From the IMG/VR virus record IMGVR_UViG_3300010157_000085, positions 1 through 52,677 of that record: a DNA stretch of 52,677 bases; one strand, given 5' to 3'. The notes below the pieces were generated by a model that worked only from the letters and a program-made list of their open reading frames with translations, ran no database searches and was not told the DNA's origin. The stretch is from a virus. Lineage: Duplodnaviria > Caudoviricetes. Both the position numbers and the translations under genes were made by a program. This document shows, in pieces, positions 29,311 through 38,754 of this stretch; position 1 is the first letter of the stretch, and each line of letters begins with the position of its first letter.

Positions 29311-29694
29311 CTACTTGCCTGTTCTCTTTGGAATTACCTTCTTAACAGGAGCAGCCTTCTTTGCGGCTGTTGCCTTCTTGACCGGTGCCTTGGCAGCAGC
29401 TGGTTCATTTTCCTTGACAGGCACAGGAGGAGCAACCTTTGCAACTACAAGAACCTTTTGAGGAAGCATGCCAAGCAGCCATCCAGCCTTTGGATACTGC
29501 ACTTCAATCACATGAATAAGGCTGAAGTACAGGGACGAGATGATTGGAACAAGGTACGACAGGCTGCTTTCATTAAGGCTAGCCCATTGTACTGTTCCCC
29601 ATGAGACTAGTGCTCCAACGATTGTTGATACAGCAGCACGAGCAATATTACGTGCAGTTGTGGTTTGAAAGATTTGGTTGATGTTCAATGACAT
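29311..29694 (-). CDS. Membrane protein (holin-like, 2 TM) with Lys/Ala-rich C-terminal tail
   Basis: Two hydrophobic helices, YPKAGWLLG, AKAPVKKATAAKKAAPVKK tail. Confidence 0.65.
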   Translation of the reverse strand: MSLNINQIFQTTTARNIARAAVSTIVGALVSWGTVQWASLNESSLSYLVPIISSLYFSLIHVIEVQYPKAGWLLGMLPQKVLVVAKVAPPVPVKENEPAAAKAPVKKATAAKKAAPVKKVIPKRTGK

Positions 29695-29705
29695 GGTTCT
29701 ATCCT

Positions 29706-29864
29706 TTAATTTTGGAACTTGACTGTTACTTGAGCATTATTGACTTGAGTACGCAGGCTATTCATCAAAGCACTGATGGTCTCGCTGATCTCCTGGCTAG
29801 CAAGTTCGTCACTTTGATTGTTTCTTGCGTCATAGCTAATAACTACAGTTATCTTCTTTTTCAT
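29706..29864 (-). CDS. Small hypothetical protein (52 aa), probably leaderless
   Basis: Not in ORF track; MKKKITVVISYDARNNQSDELASQEISETISALMNSLRTQVNNAQVTVKFQN fills the gap. Confidence 0.65.
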   Translation of the reverse strand: MKKKITVVISYDARNNQSDELASQEISETISALMNSLRTQVNNAQVTVKFQN

Positions 29865-29871
29865 GATTTTC

Positions 29872-29900
29872 ATCATAATTCAAGAAACTGGCTCAGTCAA
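29872..29900 (-). promoter_or_regulatory. Sigma70/SigA-type promoter TTGACT-N17-TATGAT
   Basis: Near-consensus boxes, 17-nt spacer, ATG 7 nt after the -10 box. Confidence 0.6.
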
Positions 29901-30439
29901 GCTTTTTTTATTTTTATGTCAAACGCGCATGCAAGGTCTGCTGGCATCATCTGGTAAGGGTTACTATCAAAGATAATACCACCAGCCCACAGGCTCTGTC
30001 CGACCAGTGAGCTACATATCATAGTGCTAGATTGAGTAACCTGTACCTTGACGCCAGTGAGCAACTCTATAGCAATACTAATGATAGTCATCCATGAGTA
30101 CTTGTCTTTTAAAAAACTATTTGCTGATGCAACAGCTTGCTCACGGCTTTGTTTGTTTAACTTGGTACTAACATAGTAGTACTCAACGTCGCTGTAGTCC
30201 TCAATCTTGCTGATAACAACACCACGACCGATTGCTTCGATTATCTCTCCAGATTCACTAATAATCATAGCGGTGTGGTTCCAGTAAGAATATGGACGCA
30301 TCTTTCCATGGTATCGTATGAACTGACCAAAGCGAATTAGCTTTGCAAGGATGCCCTTTGATGATACCAGTATAAAGTCTCCAGGAACATACTTGACAGG
30401 CGCTTCGCCAGATTCATATACTTTAAAACTCGTAGTCAT
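29897..30439 (-). CDS. Permuted papain-like (YaeF/YiiX, NlpC/P60 superfamily) amidase
   Basis: PGDFILV...WNHTAM...IIEA..RGV...Y.W...MICSSLV: His-before-Cys order. Confidence 0.75.
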   Translation of the reverse strand: MTTSFKVYESGEAPVKYVPGDFILVSSKGILAKLIRFGQFIRYHGKMRPYSYWNHTAMIISESGEIIEAIGRGVVISKIEDYSDVEYYYVSTKLNKQSREQAVASANSFLKDKYSWMTIISIAIELLTGVKVQVTQSSTMICSSLVGQSLWAGGIIFDSNPYQMMPADLACAFDIKIKKA

Positions 30440-31457
30440 CCTGATCACCCAGATAATCGTATGTTTCGTTTAGTCCAAAGTTATTAGCGTACCAGCCTTC
30501 TACTTGGCCACCGTCTGGCACAGCTTGACCGCCACCTCTGGCCTGTGGTATTGCTGTTGTACTTTCTTCATCTTCTGTAACTGGCTCATCTGCTTTGTTC
30601 GCACCAAATATGAGTGGCGCAGAGGTTGTTTCATCACCTCGCGATTCAGTTTCGACACCAGTTCTTGTGCCACGCTCAGTCTCTATATCAGTATTGAAAA
30701 AGTTACCCTTTGGTAGCATCGCAAGATCTTGATTGGTACGTTTCAGCTGATGCACATCATTTATATCAACACCATACTGATTGCCATTGTTTGGTGTGAA
30801 TGAGCCACCAGTATCGCTTTGAAATGATACTACTCTGAACCCCATAACGCGTTTTCCAGTTGCAAGCTCATCATTCGGTCCTGTAACCAGCTCGGTTGCA
30901 TCACTACTAAGACCTTCAGGGGTTAGACCCTTTACAAAAGCTTGCCCTTCAGAATTCATATCTGTTTTGTCAGCATAATGAACGATAGCAGTTTCGCCTA
31001 GCGTTGTTGGATCAGCGCCACCATCGATCTTATATTTAGCAGGGTGGTCTTGTGGCGTATCCAATTTTTCATTGACACCTGTGTCACCAACAATGGGATC
31101 AACATCCGGACCAAAGCCACCAACGCTACCCTTGCCTTCGATCCTACCGCCAAAGTCCATAAGGCCAGCCTGTGGGAGCCTGATGATTTGTATCTTACGT
31201 ATGGCATCCTGTGTGGTGACACGCTCGACGTAACGGTTCCAGAGGATCTTATCTCGCACCATCGTACTAGTTAGCTCAGAGCTTAAATTCAACGATAGAA
31301 CAAACCCACGGTCTATAATTGTAACTTCTGGTTCAGCAAAGTAACCTTGGAACTGTGAGATGATTGATTGAACAACTGAATCACGGTTATCCGTTGTGAT
31401 GTAATCGTTGAAGATACATTTAAAATTCTTGCGGCCAGAGCTTTTTATAGTATCCAT
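30423..31457 (-). CDS. Hypothetical protein
   Basis: 344-aa ORF, acidic C-terminal half. Confidence 0.75.
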   Translation of the reverse strand: MDTIKSSGRKNFKCIFNDYITTDNRDSVVQSIISQFQGYFAEPEVTIIDRGFVLSLNLSSELTSTMVRDKILWNRYVERVTTQDAIRKIQIIRLPQAGLMDFGGRIEGKGSVGGFGPDVDPIVGDTGVNEKLDTPQDHPAKYKIDGGADPTTLGETAIVHYADKTDMNSEGQAFVKGLTPEGLSSDATELVTGPNDELATGKRVMGFRVVSFQSDTGGSFTPNNGNQYGVDINDVHQLKRTNQDLAMLPKGNFFNTDIETERGTRTGVETESRGDETTSAPLIFGANKADEPVTEDEESTTAIPQARGGGQAVPDGGQVEGWYANNFGLNETYDYLGDQDDYEF

Positions 31458-31460
31458 ATA

Positions 31461-32294
31461 CTACATATGTGGATACTTGAGCTTTTTAAACCGTTCCAAG
31501 CTGGTTCCTTCATATCGCCTGCACAGATAGTCAAGGCTTACAAACATTGGATCATAGCTTCCATCAATGACCTGATGTTTCACAATGATGCCACGCCAGT
31601 GCGCATTGCCCTGTGGGCCCTTGTAATCTTCATCGTGCAAGTAACATGCTCCAGCTACAAGACCATGCTGGCTCTTGCCAGCAACGAATCGCAAGCCATA
31701 CATGAGTGTCTGTTGATGACCCATGGTGAATGAGTGGCCGACTGTCTTAAGACGCGTTTCGATATTACCACCGTATGGCATCCCACTCATTGGGTTATAG
31801 AAGAAGTGGCTGTATGCCACTCCATCCAGCCAAAGGATCTCCTTAAACTTAGAGACCTTCCAACCGGTGTGAGCATACTCTAGGTCATCTGTGCTGAACA
31901 ACCCATCAATCTGAGCATCATTCTCAGTAGCTCGATTGATACGATCTTCATGGTTACCCAGTAGGATATGACGCTCTGGGTTCCAGATAGCATGCTTTGT
32001 CCTACGACGATTATCATTGTAATCATACAGTGGCTTGTTCAGTACTTCCCAAGCTGCATTAGCTGCATCGATATCAGCCCGTACTCTACGGCCTTCCATG
32101 CTGCGCTTGCCCTTGTCATACATTGATAGGCTAGGCATATCGGCATGATCACCCAGGTGAACAATCTTGATATTCTTATTGTGGTACTCGTCAACGATAT
32201 ACTGACCTACCCAGGTAAGATGATCTGTTGGAACACCATCTTTTGATTGGGTATCAGGAATAACGATGTGTACTACTGGCTCTTGCTCGGCCAC
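31461..32294 (-). CDS. Calcineurin-like metallophosphoesterase
   Basis: IPDTQ, LGDHAD, LGNHE, SHFF, GHQQ motifs; common phage family. Confidence 0.85.
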   Translation of the reverse strand: MAEQEPVVHIVIPDTQSKDGVPTDHLTWVGQYIVDEYHNKNIKIVHLGDHADMPSLSMYDKGKRSMEGRRVRADIDAANAAWEVLNKPLYDYNDNRRRTKHAIWNPERHILLGNHEDRINRATENDAQIDGLFSTDDLEYAHTGWKVSKFKEILWLDGVAYSHFFYNPMSGMPYGGNIETRLKTVGHSFTMGHQQTLMYGLRFVAGKSQHGLVAGACYLHDEDYKGPQGNAHWRGIIVKHQVIDGSYDPMFVSLDYLCRRYEGTSLERFKKLKYPHM

Positions 32295-32303
32295 TATAGT
32301 CCT

Positions 32304-32444
32304 TTAGTTGTCATTAGCGTCTTCAGCATCAAGATCTAGCGCATCTTTTGCTTCAACACCGCCGCCTGTTGTTTTCATTGGCGCCGTTGGGCTGTTAGTA
32401 ATTGCTTTTGCTTCTGGTGATGGGTTAGTACTGTACTTAATCAT
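32304..32444 (-). CDS. Small hypothetical protein (46 aa) beginning MIKYS
   Basis: Not in ORF track; fills the gap and overlaps the upstream stop; same first five residues as the prohead protease. Confidence 0.55.
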   Translation of the reverse strand: MIKYSTNPSPEAKAITNSPTAPMKTTGGGVEAKDALDLDAEDANDN

Positions 32445-32751
32445 TGTGCATCATCTTTCCGTGCATGTCAACCTTTTTAACAAGAGCTTCATTGAGAAGA
32501 TTGATTGAACGCACTCTGTCTTTTGGCATGGAGCTCTTCCAGGCTGGTGATGGGTTGCCAATTACCCTTATAACGCCTTCATTTTTCCCACTAGCAAACT
32601 TCACAAGCACACTTTCGAATGCCATGCTACAAATACTACAAGTTGTGCTGTTTGTTATTTCTTCTTCCATATCTAGAATGATTGATTCATTACTAGTGGT
32701 ATTAAAACTAATACCATCTGGTAGCTGCTCTAAACATTGATCAATATTCAT
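32437..32751 (-). CDS. Hypothetical protein
   Basis: 104 aa, CSIC motif. Confidence 0.65.
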   Translation of the reverse strand: MNIDQCLEQLPDGISFNTTSNESIILDMEEEITNSTTCSICSMAFESVLVKFASGKNEGVIRVIGNPSPAWKSSMPKDRVRSINLLNEALVKKVDMHGKMMHND

Positions 32752-32983
32752 TTTTTAATGCTATTCTACCAAGCTCTTGTAGGTATTGTTCTACTGTTAG
32801 GCCACTGCTATCTGACAACCGGCCAAGAACACCCAGCAAAACACCTGTTATGGCACTGAACAGCTCAATTGGGTCTGACTCAAGTACCATTTCATAAGCA
32901 ATCTCTTCTTGATTGCTTAGAACGGCTGTTAGTAGTGCAACAATCTTAGAAATATTTGCTGCGGTTGAATCCATCGATTTCAT
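32741..32983 (-). CDS. Hypothetical protein
   Basis: ATGA overlap with dps stop gives start 32983. Confidence 0.65.
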   Translation of the reverse strand: MKSMDSTAANISKIVALLTAVLSNQEEIAYEMVLESDPIELFSAITGVLLGVLGRLSDSSGLTVEQYLQELGRIALKNEY

Positions 32984-33507
32984 CCTGTCGATGCCTCTAG
33001 GAACCATTGCCATTTCTGATGTGAATCAATTCTTTCAGCGATAAAGTTTGCTACACCCTGTTCATTATCAGAGTTTGCTTTATCAAACACTCGTTTTAGT
33101 TCATTAATAATAGTTTTGTTCAAACTACCAAGTGTTGCTGCTAGTGCAACAGCATTATCTGTTTTGATGTCATTATCTGGCAGTGTTGATTGCTTGAACA
33201 GCTCAGACATTCTGTATGCAGATTTTGCTCCAAGCTTACGGATGTTTTCTGCTATTGGATCAATGCTATTATATACGTCTTCAACAATCTCATCAAAGAA
33301 CTTGTGATACTGATAAAAATCAGCACCTGTTACATTCCAGTGAGCTTCATGAACAATATGATAAAAAGATGATACATCTGCTAGCAGCTGTTGTAATAAA
33401 GCTGGCAATGATGTGCTACCAGAATGTTCTGGCTGTTCTGTTTCTACCGCTCCAACAAATCTAAATTTTGTTAGGCTAGCAACATTGAGGTTATCAAGTT
33501 CTGACAT
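32980..33507 (-). CDS. dps: Dps-family (mini-ferritin) DNA protection protein
   Basis: HEAHWNVTG.DF...HKFFDE......D..AE.IR.LG and H.K..WFL ferroxidase signature. Confidence 0.9.
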   Translation of the reverse strand: MSELDNLNVASLTKFRFVGAVETEQPEHSGSTSLPALLQQLLADVSSFYHIVHEAHWNVTGADFYQYHKFFDEIVEDVYNSIDPIAENIRKLGAKSAYRMSELFKQSTLPDNDIKTDNAVALAATLGSLNKTIINELKRVFDKANSDNEQGVANFIAERIDSHQKWQWFLEASTG

Positions 33508-33508
33508 A

Positions 33509-34219
33509 TTAGAACCAGTTTATATTATCCCCGAATGAGTCGTCAAGAGCATCTTGTACAAAATTAGCCTTAAGCTTGCTAGAGCTAGCTACCTTGAGCT
33601 GACGGAAGCTGTTGCCAGCTGTCTTGGCACGACGGCAAATCTCTACGTTATCAACAAAGTTGTCAATGATAGCAGCACGCTTGGCAACGTCAAGGATAGG
33701 CAGGGTTTTCTTTTCAACGTAAAACACGGCTGCTTCTCTGGTATTAGTCTGACTGTCTAGCAACTGGTTGAACTGATCTTCTGTCCATACTTCTGCACCA
33801 GCAGTTACAAAGTTAATCCAGTCAGCATCATCGTATTCGGATTGAACTGCAGAAGCTGTCTTGAACAACAAGCTACCATCATCTTCGCCTAGATCATAGG
33901 TGCCAGCGCTGCTCAAACGGTACTCTTTAGCAACTGTTCCACCAGGGAGGCTGTTCAAGTAGTCATCAACGTCAAAGTCAACGTACTCTGATGCAATCTT
34001 TTCTAGCTGCTCTTTTTCGGCTGCTAGCTCAGTTATTGTGCTGGCATAACGCTCTAGGTCACCATCAGCAACATTTGGGTCACTAGCAGCAGTGCGTGTT
34101 CTGCTGAGCAGGTCCTCTAGGATGTCAAGACGATTAAAGATGCTTTCTGAAGTGCCGTTGAACCAGGACACGTTAGATGCAGCCGTCTTTATGTTTTGTT
34201 CAAAACTGTCGTATGTCAT
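33509..34219 (-). CDS. Hypothetical protein with many [KR]-x-A(S) sites
   Basis: 236 aa; IKTAAS, RTAAS, KIAS, KTAS, KTAG, KVAS. Confidence 0.75.
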   Translation of the reverse strand: MTYDSFEQNIKTAASNVSWFNGTSESIFNRLDILEDLLSRTRTAASDPNVADGDLERYASTITELAAEKEQLEKIASEYVDFDVDDYLNSLPGGTVAKEYRLSSAGTYDLGEDDGSLLFKTASAVQSEYDDADWINFVTAGAEVWTEDQFNQLLDSQTNTREAAVFYVEKKTLPILDVAKRAAIIDNFVDNVEICRRAKTAGNSFRQLKVASSSKLKANFVQDALDDSFGDNINWF

Positions 34220-34244
34220 AGTAAGTTCTTTCTGTTACTAGTTA

Positions 34245-34271
34245 CTAATACGGTTGGTCGACTATTTTACA
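34245..34271 (-). promoter_or_regulatory. Putative late promoter TGTAAA-N16-ATTAG
   Basis: Same spacing; overlaps the end of the upstream gene. Confidence 0.45.
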
Positions 34272-34898
34272 TTCGCCATAGTGATGTGAATTACATGAGG
34301 TACACAATGGCACACCCATATAATCACTAAACTCTCTGTCATTAGGATTGAGTTCTTGGAATAACGCAATCACAGTTTTGCTAACTCTTTTATTGAGATC
34401 GCTAGTAGGCTGGACTCCACTGGGTGCTGCTGCATTATCAATATTAATAATGCCTTGATCTGCTGCACTAGCTGGCCCTCCACCGGCGCTTGATAGCGTG
34501 GTAGGTGATCCAGTTCCACGGTCACGCTCACCAATTAAGTTGTAGCCAGGGTCAGCTAGATTAAACCCACTAGCATTAATAATCTTTGAGGCTCCCTTGC
34601 GGTGCTGGCTGCTGTAAGCAGAGTTCTTAGCACGTTGCATGGCATAATCTTTTTGCTTGTCATCACCTGGATCATAAAGATGACACTTTGCACGCTTGCC
34701 AGGTCCTTTATACCCTGGGCGCGGGTCAGAATCAGGACCTTTACACTCTTCTACGCCATCATCACCTGTGGCTGTAAATATAAAACCAAGAGTAGCACTG
34801 GCTACAATTCGACGGCATCCACTGCAGAAAGATTCTTCACCAGCGCTACTGGTCTTAACAACCAGCTCTCCAGTATCACAGATAGGACAGTTACTCAT
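34245..34898 (-). CDS. Hypothetical Zn-ribbon protein
   Basis: CPIC..CSGC, CTSC..H..C; GAGG SD. Confidence 0.72.
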   Translation of the reverse strand: MSNCPICDTGELVVKTSSAGEESFCSGCRRIVASATLGFIFTATGDDGVEECKGPDSDPRPGYKGPGKRAKCHLYDPGDDKQKDYAMQRAKNSAYSSQHRKGASKIINASGFNLADPGYNLIGERDRGTGSPTTLSSAGGGPASAADQGIINIDNAAAPSGVQPTSDLNKRVSKTVIALFQELNPNDREFSDYMGVPLCTSCNSHHYGECKIVDQPY

Positions 34899-34900
34899 GG

Positions 34901-35764
34901 TTATACCTCAAAGAAGTTTTTAACAACGTCTACTGGGAATGGCAACTTGCTAGATACAGCTGCACGGCCTATCCCATCAGTAAGTTGAAGTGGCCCAGCA
35001 TCAACTTTTCCTGGGGTTAGCTGGCCTTCCCAGTTGCGTGGAATCAAGTTGCTATTAGGTTTCATGTCATGCAGCTGTTGACCAATACTCTGTTGTGGTG
35101 TTTTGTTATAGAACTTACGCTGTTCATAACCATTAAAGTAGTCACCACTGAGAAGAGCTAGGTCTTCATCTAGTTCTTGACCATTCATTGCTTCCATGTA
35201 ACCACGATTATAGTTGTCACTGTCTGTAGCAATTTTTTCTTTAAACAAATCCATGTAGTCTTCAGTGGTAGCTAGACCATTAGATGCTGCTCGTGTGGTC
35301 TTGATGATATCACGATCACCATCTTCATCGGTTACAGTTTCACCCTCTACATGTGAAAGATCTTTATCATTCGATCCACATTTTGCACAAGCAACTGTTC
35401 CAATGCTAACTGGCAGGTAGTAATCTTCACAGCTGTTGCAGAATGGCTGACCATTTTCCATAACGTATGCGATTCTTGCAGATAAACTCATTTTTTTTCC
35501 TTCACTTATTATTTTAGACAGTGATCCTGGGATAACACTGGCAAGCCCTTCATTTTTCACCATACCAGGTTCTTTTGTAAGATCCGTTTGACCAGTGCCA
35601 GTTGGGGCAGTTACTTCAGTAGGGTTTTCATCTTGAGTGGATATATTAGCTAGCAAAGTCTTAGCAGGAACAGTTAATGTCCATGGAAGATCTTCATTCT
35701 CAATGCTTTTCAGGTCATCATCAAGACCATGGTTGCCAGTTCCGGTTTCAGTCGCGTATTTCAT
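34901..35764 (-). CDS. Hypothetical Zn-ribbon protein
   Basis: Start likely ATG 35764 (MKYA; GAGG SD); CNSC..CAKCGS. Confidence 0.72.
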   Translation of the reverse strand: MKYATETGTGNHGLDDDLKSIENEDLPWTLTVPAKTLLANISTQDENPTEVTAPTGTGQTDLTKEPGMVKNEGLASVIPGSLSKIISEGKKMSLSARIAYVMENGQPFCNSCEDYYLPVSIGTVACAKCGSNDKDLSHVEGETVTDEDGDRDIIKTTRAASNGLATTEDYMDLFKEKIATDSDNYNRGYMEAMNGQELDEDLALLSGDYFNGYEQRKFYNKTPQQSIGQQLHDMKPNSNLIPRNWEGQLTPGKVDAGPLQLTDGIGRAAVSSKLPFPVDVVKNFFEV

Positions 35765-35796
35765 CAATACCTCATACAACTTGTAATCATTTTTAG

Positions 35797-37107
35797 TTAT
35801 CGCCAGCTGGTTAAGCTGTGTTTTATATCTTCAGGGTACAATCCAAACTGCTCTACCAGGTCTAGTATTGTTGATGGTGAGCGTTTTTTGCTAGCAGTTG
35901 GCAACGGCATCTGGCCGATACTCATTGGATCTGTAGCCGTTGTTGAAGCTTCAGGAATTGGCACTGGTTGCACTGTTGGCTGAATTACAAGAGGTTTTGA
36001 TTCAGCTGCTTGATCTGCTCCAGGGGCACCTTGGCCTTGCAGGGTAGCATCAGTTTGAACTGGTGCGTAATTCGTTTGTGGCATGGTTGGTGGTGGTGGT
36101 GGTGGCGGCTCTGGTGCAGCAGGAGCATCAGGAGCATTCAAAGTTTGTACACCTTCAGCAGTTGCAGCCATTGGCGCTACTTTTTTGACTGTTTGTGCAC
36201 CAGGAACTTTATTCAAAAGATCTTTAGCCTTTTGAAATTTGCTGACATTACTTGCAGCACCAGCCGCATCTTCAGTAACTGCTGCAGCATCAGTAGTGGC
36301 TGCTGCAGCATCACTTTCTATCGCAGCAGGCAATGTGCTCTTAAAAGGAACTAACTCCATACCTTTAGTAACACCACTGGCTGCTCCACTTGCGGCATCG
36401 CTCTCTGCTGCAACTGGCAATGTGCTTTTAAAAGGAACCAGTTCTTTGCCCTTAGCAACACCTCTGGCTGCACCTCCAGCAAGATCTGTGGCTGTTGAGC
36501 CAGCACCTTCTACCGCAGCACCTTCTGCTCCTGCTGCTTCTGCTGCTCCTGCTGTTCCTGCTGCTTCTGCAGCACCGGCTGTTCCTGCTGCTTCTGCAGC
36601 ACCGGCTGCACCGGCTGCACCCTCAGCAAGAGCTGTTCCACCGGCTACAGCTGCGCCCTCAGCAGCACCGGCTGCTCCTGCAGCAGCAGCGCCTTCTGCA
36701 AGAGCTGCTCCACCTACACCGGCAGCAATGCCAGCATCAGCAAGCAGGCCAACACCCGTTAGTGCAAGTGCACCCATACCAACACCGATAGCAATGGGTT
36801 TCCAGTTATTCTTTACAAAGTTACCAGTTGCCTTTGCAGCTTGACCAACGTCATGTATGCCCTCATCTACAGATTTATTTACAGATCTGGCTGTACTCTT
36901 GACATCTTTACCAACATTAGAAAAATTACCGGTAGCAACATCTCCAACGATCTTACCAACGCCAGTAACCGAGTTCCAGGCATCTCCCCAGAATCCAGCT
37001 TCTCTAATGTCTATATAATCCCAGCTGGTTGCTCCGGCAACATGAACAGACTCAACCTCCATATCAGGCTGGTCATCAAACTCTTCAAATCTTTTTGGAA
37101 TACTCAT
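35797..37107 (-). CDS. Ala/Gly-rich membrane-segment protein with internal repeats
   Basis: Hydrophobic glycine-zipper-like segment, AGAAEAAGT repeats, KG[KM]ELVPFKSTLP x2, poly-Pro. Confidence 0.75.
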   Translation of the reverse strand: MSIPKRFEEFDDQPDMEVESVHVAGATSWDYIDIREAGFWGDAWNSVTGVGKIVGDVATGNFSNVGKDVKSTARSVNKSVDEGIHDVGQAAKATGNFVKNNWKPIAIGVGMGALALTGVGLLADAGIAAGVGGAALAEGAAAAGAAGAAEGAAVAGGTALAEGAAGAAGAAEAAGTAGAAEAAGTAGAAEAAGAEGAAVEGAGSTATDLAGGAARGVAKGKELVPFKSTLPVAAESDAASGAASGVTKGMELVPFKSTLPAAIESDAAAATTDAAAVTEDAAGAASNVSKFQKAKDLLNKVPGAQTVKKVAPMAATAEGVQTLNAPDAPAAPEPPPPPPPTMPQTNYAPVQTDATLQGQGAPGADQAAESKPLVIQPTVQPVPIPEASTTATDPMSIGQMPLPTASKKRSPSTILDLVEQFGLYPEDIKHSLTSWR

Positions 37108-37838
37108 TATAGTTTCTCCAGGTCAGCATACAGCTCGGCAAGGCGCATATCACCATATTTTCCAGCGGTTACTATTTCAGGCGTTATCAGAGCCCAACTC
37201 TCTTCCATATAGCTACGCAACCAGTCCCAGCTGATCGCTTGGACTTTACCCCAGGAGATTGAGTAGGCATAATCACTGTCATAACCTACAATCACAACGC
37301 AGTGACCACCTTCGATCTGATCGTCAGCAGGAGTACCGGTCAAAGCCCAGGGTTGGTTGTTAATAAACTGATCCTGGTATGTAACGGGCAATCTCACACC
37401 GATATAAGCCAGTCCAAAGCTTGCAACCACGCTTTTTAGCTCATCAAAGTCAGCATGGTCACTGGGAGCATAAGCAGCCAGCTTGCTACCAAAAATATCG
37501 TTCTGTTGCCAGTATTTGAGCAGGTCTGCCTCTACTGCACCCGCATCTTGACCATTTGTATAGCTCAGATAGGCTTGAACCACTTCATCATCGGTTGGCC
37601 AGGTCTCTGTGAGACCCAGGACAGCACTGGTAGCCATTCTGGCATGAACAATGCCAGCAAACGTACAATCACCGTACTTATCGTTAGCTAACATCCTCCA
37701 GTCACCAAAATTAGGCACATCGACTGACTCTGGAGCCGCTGGAAGAGGGTTAGTCTGATAGAACGCCAGCATGTGCAAACCAGCTGGGCGAGCTGGTGCA
37801 AGTTTACCTAGTTTACCTACGATTCGTTCTTCTGTCAT
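37107..37838 (-). CDS. Papain-fold cysteine peptidase (C1/C39-like)
   Basis: ND.YGDCT.AG, GGHCVVIVGYD, ISWG. Confidence 0.72.
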   Translation of the reverse strand: MTEERIVGKLGKLAPARPAGLHMLAFYQTNPLPAAPESVDVPNFGDWRMLANDKYGDCTFAGIVHARMATSAVLGLTETWPTDDEVVQAYLSYTNGQDAGAVEADLLKYWQQNDIFGSKLAAYAPSDHADFDELKSVVASFGLAYIGVRLPVTYQDQFINNQPWALTGTPADDQIEGGHCVVIVGYDSDYAYSISWGKVQAISWDWLRSYMEESWALITPEIVTAGKYGDMRLAELYADLEKL

Positions 37839-38237
37839 CTAATTATCCCAGTTTATGATTGGAGGGGCTGTACTTGTTGATTTTTCCTCTGGCCAACCGT
37901 ATAGTTCTGGATGTGCTCCACGCTCTTCATCCAGCTGTTGCAATTCTTCTATTGAATCTGTGTGATGCTTAACACGTTTTTTAAATGTATTGAAATGGTT
38001 TAGATACTCTGGACGCCTGGCCTTGCCATTTTTAAAATCGCACATCTGACCACTAACCCTTCTGCCCCTATCAGCTATTTCAAGCATGGTTTTATGGGAT
38101 GCAACGCTGTCAGAGTCATGTTTTACCAGATTGTCGCGATATTCTCCATCAATAATTTCTGCCTGGTTTGAGCCAGGGGTGGTATAGCTAGAGACCCTTG
38201 GAGTTTTGCTCTCAGCGTATCTGACGGCCCAGTTCAT
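37839..38237 (-). CDS. Hypothetical protein
   Basis: 132 aa, leader MNWAVRYA. Confidence 0.7.
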   Translation of the reverse strand: MNWAVRYAESKTPRVSSYTTPGSNQAEIIDGEYRDNLVKHDSDSVASHKTMLEIADRGRRVSGQMCDFKNGKARRPEYLNHFNTFKKRVKHHTDSIEELQQLDEERGAHPELYGWPEEKSTSTAPPIINWDN

Positions 38238-38584
38238 TTGACCGACAGGTATTGCTCAGGATGCAAGAGCTCTATTTTATCTTGCATGGTACTTGCAGCA
38301 TCAGAAAGCGCTATAGCTCTACCAGAGTACAAGATTGCGTCATCATTACCAGTTTTATGAGCTGTCGCAGCTGTTGAGTGAGCAGCAATAGCTTTGCCAT
38401 GAAGTTTTTCAGCGATGGCAACCAGATCATGTAAGGGATGACTGGGATGCAGGCCATCAATTGCTTGAACGTTCCTGGCAATTGCTCGTCCATGAGCATA
38501 TGTGCTCTGAGTATGACCGATTTCCGGTGAACCGTTAGAGTAATCATCACTAGAGTAGCGAAAATTCCAGTTTTTACTAGTCAT
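38234..38584 (-). CDS. Hypothetical His/Ala-rich helical protein
   Basis: Leader MTSKNWNFRYS; alternative GTG start 38590. Confidence 0.7.
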   Translation of the reverse strand: MTSKNWNFRYSSDDYSNGSPEIGHTQSTYAHGRAIARNVQAIDGLHPSHPLHDLVAIAEKLHGKAIAAHSTAATAHKTGNDDAILYSGRAIALSDAASTMQDKIELLHPEQYLSVK

Positions 38585-38592
38585 ACTCACTC

Positions 38593-38644
38593 AATCCTGG
38601 AAACTGAGCAGAATCTGACTGTCTGCAGTGTAAGTTATGTCCAT
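38593..38644. repeat. 52-nt direct repeat, copy 1 (duplicate of the 3' end of 39198..39476)
   Basis: Identical to 39200..39251. Confidence 0.92.
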
Positions 38645-38648
38645 GGTT

Positions 38649-38711
38649 CTATGCCCACTCTGTAGAGTACTTGGTATTCCAAACGCTTGGGATCCAATTG
38701 TTCTCTGTCAT
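38649..38711 (-). pseudogene. 20-aa leader-only ORF / truncated gene (MTENNWIPSVWNTKYSTEWA)
   Basis: AAGGAA SD; resembles the N-terminus MGWIPDMWSRKTA of 41079..42563; abuts the duplicated fragment. Confidence 0.45.
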
Positions 38712-38754
38712 GTTTGTTCCTTAAACTAAATTGTTTGTCTTAGTTCAAAAAGTC

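Noticed and set aside
36010-36844. Plus-strand ORFs of 98-201 aa
   Set aside because: Antisense artefacts of the Ala-rich repetitive minus-strand gene.
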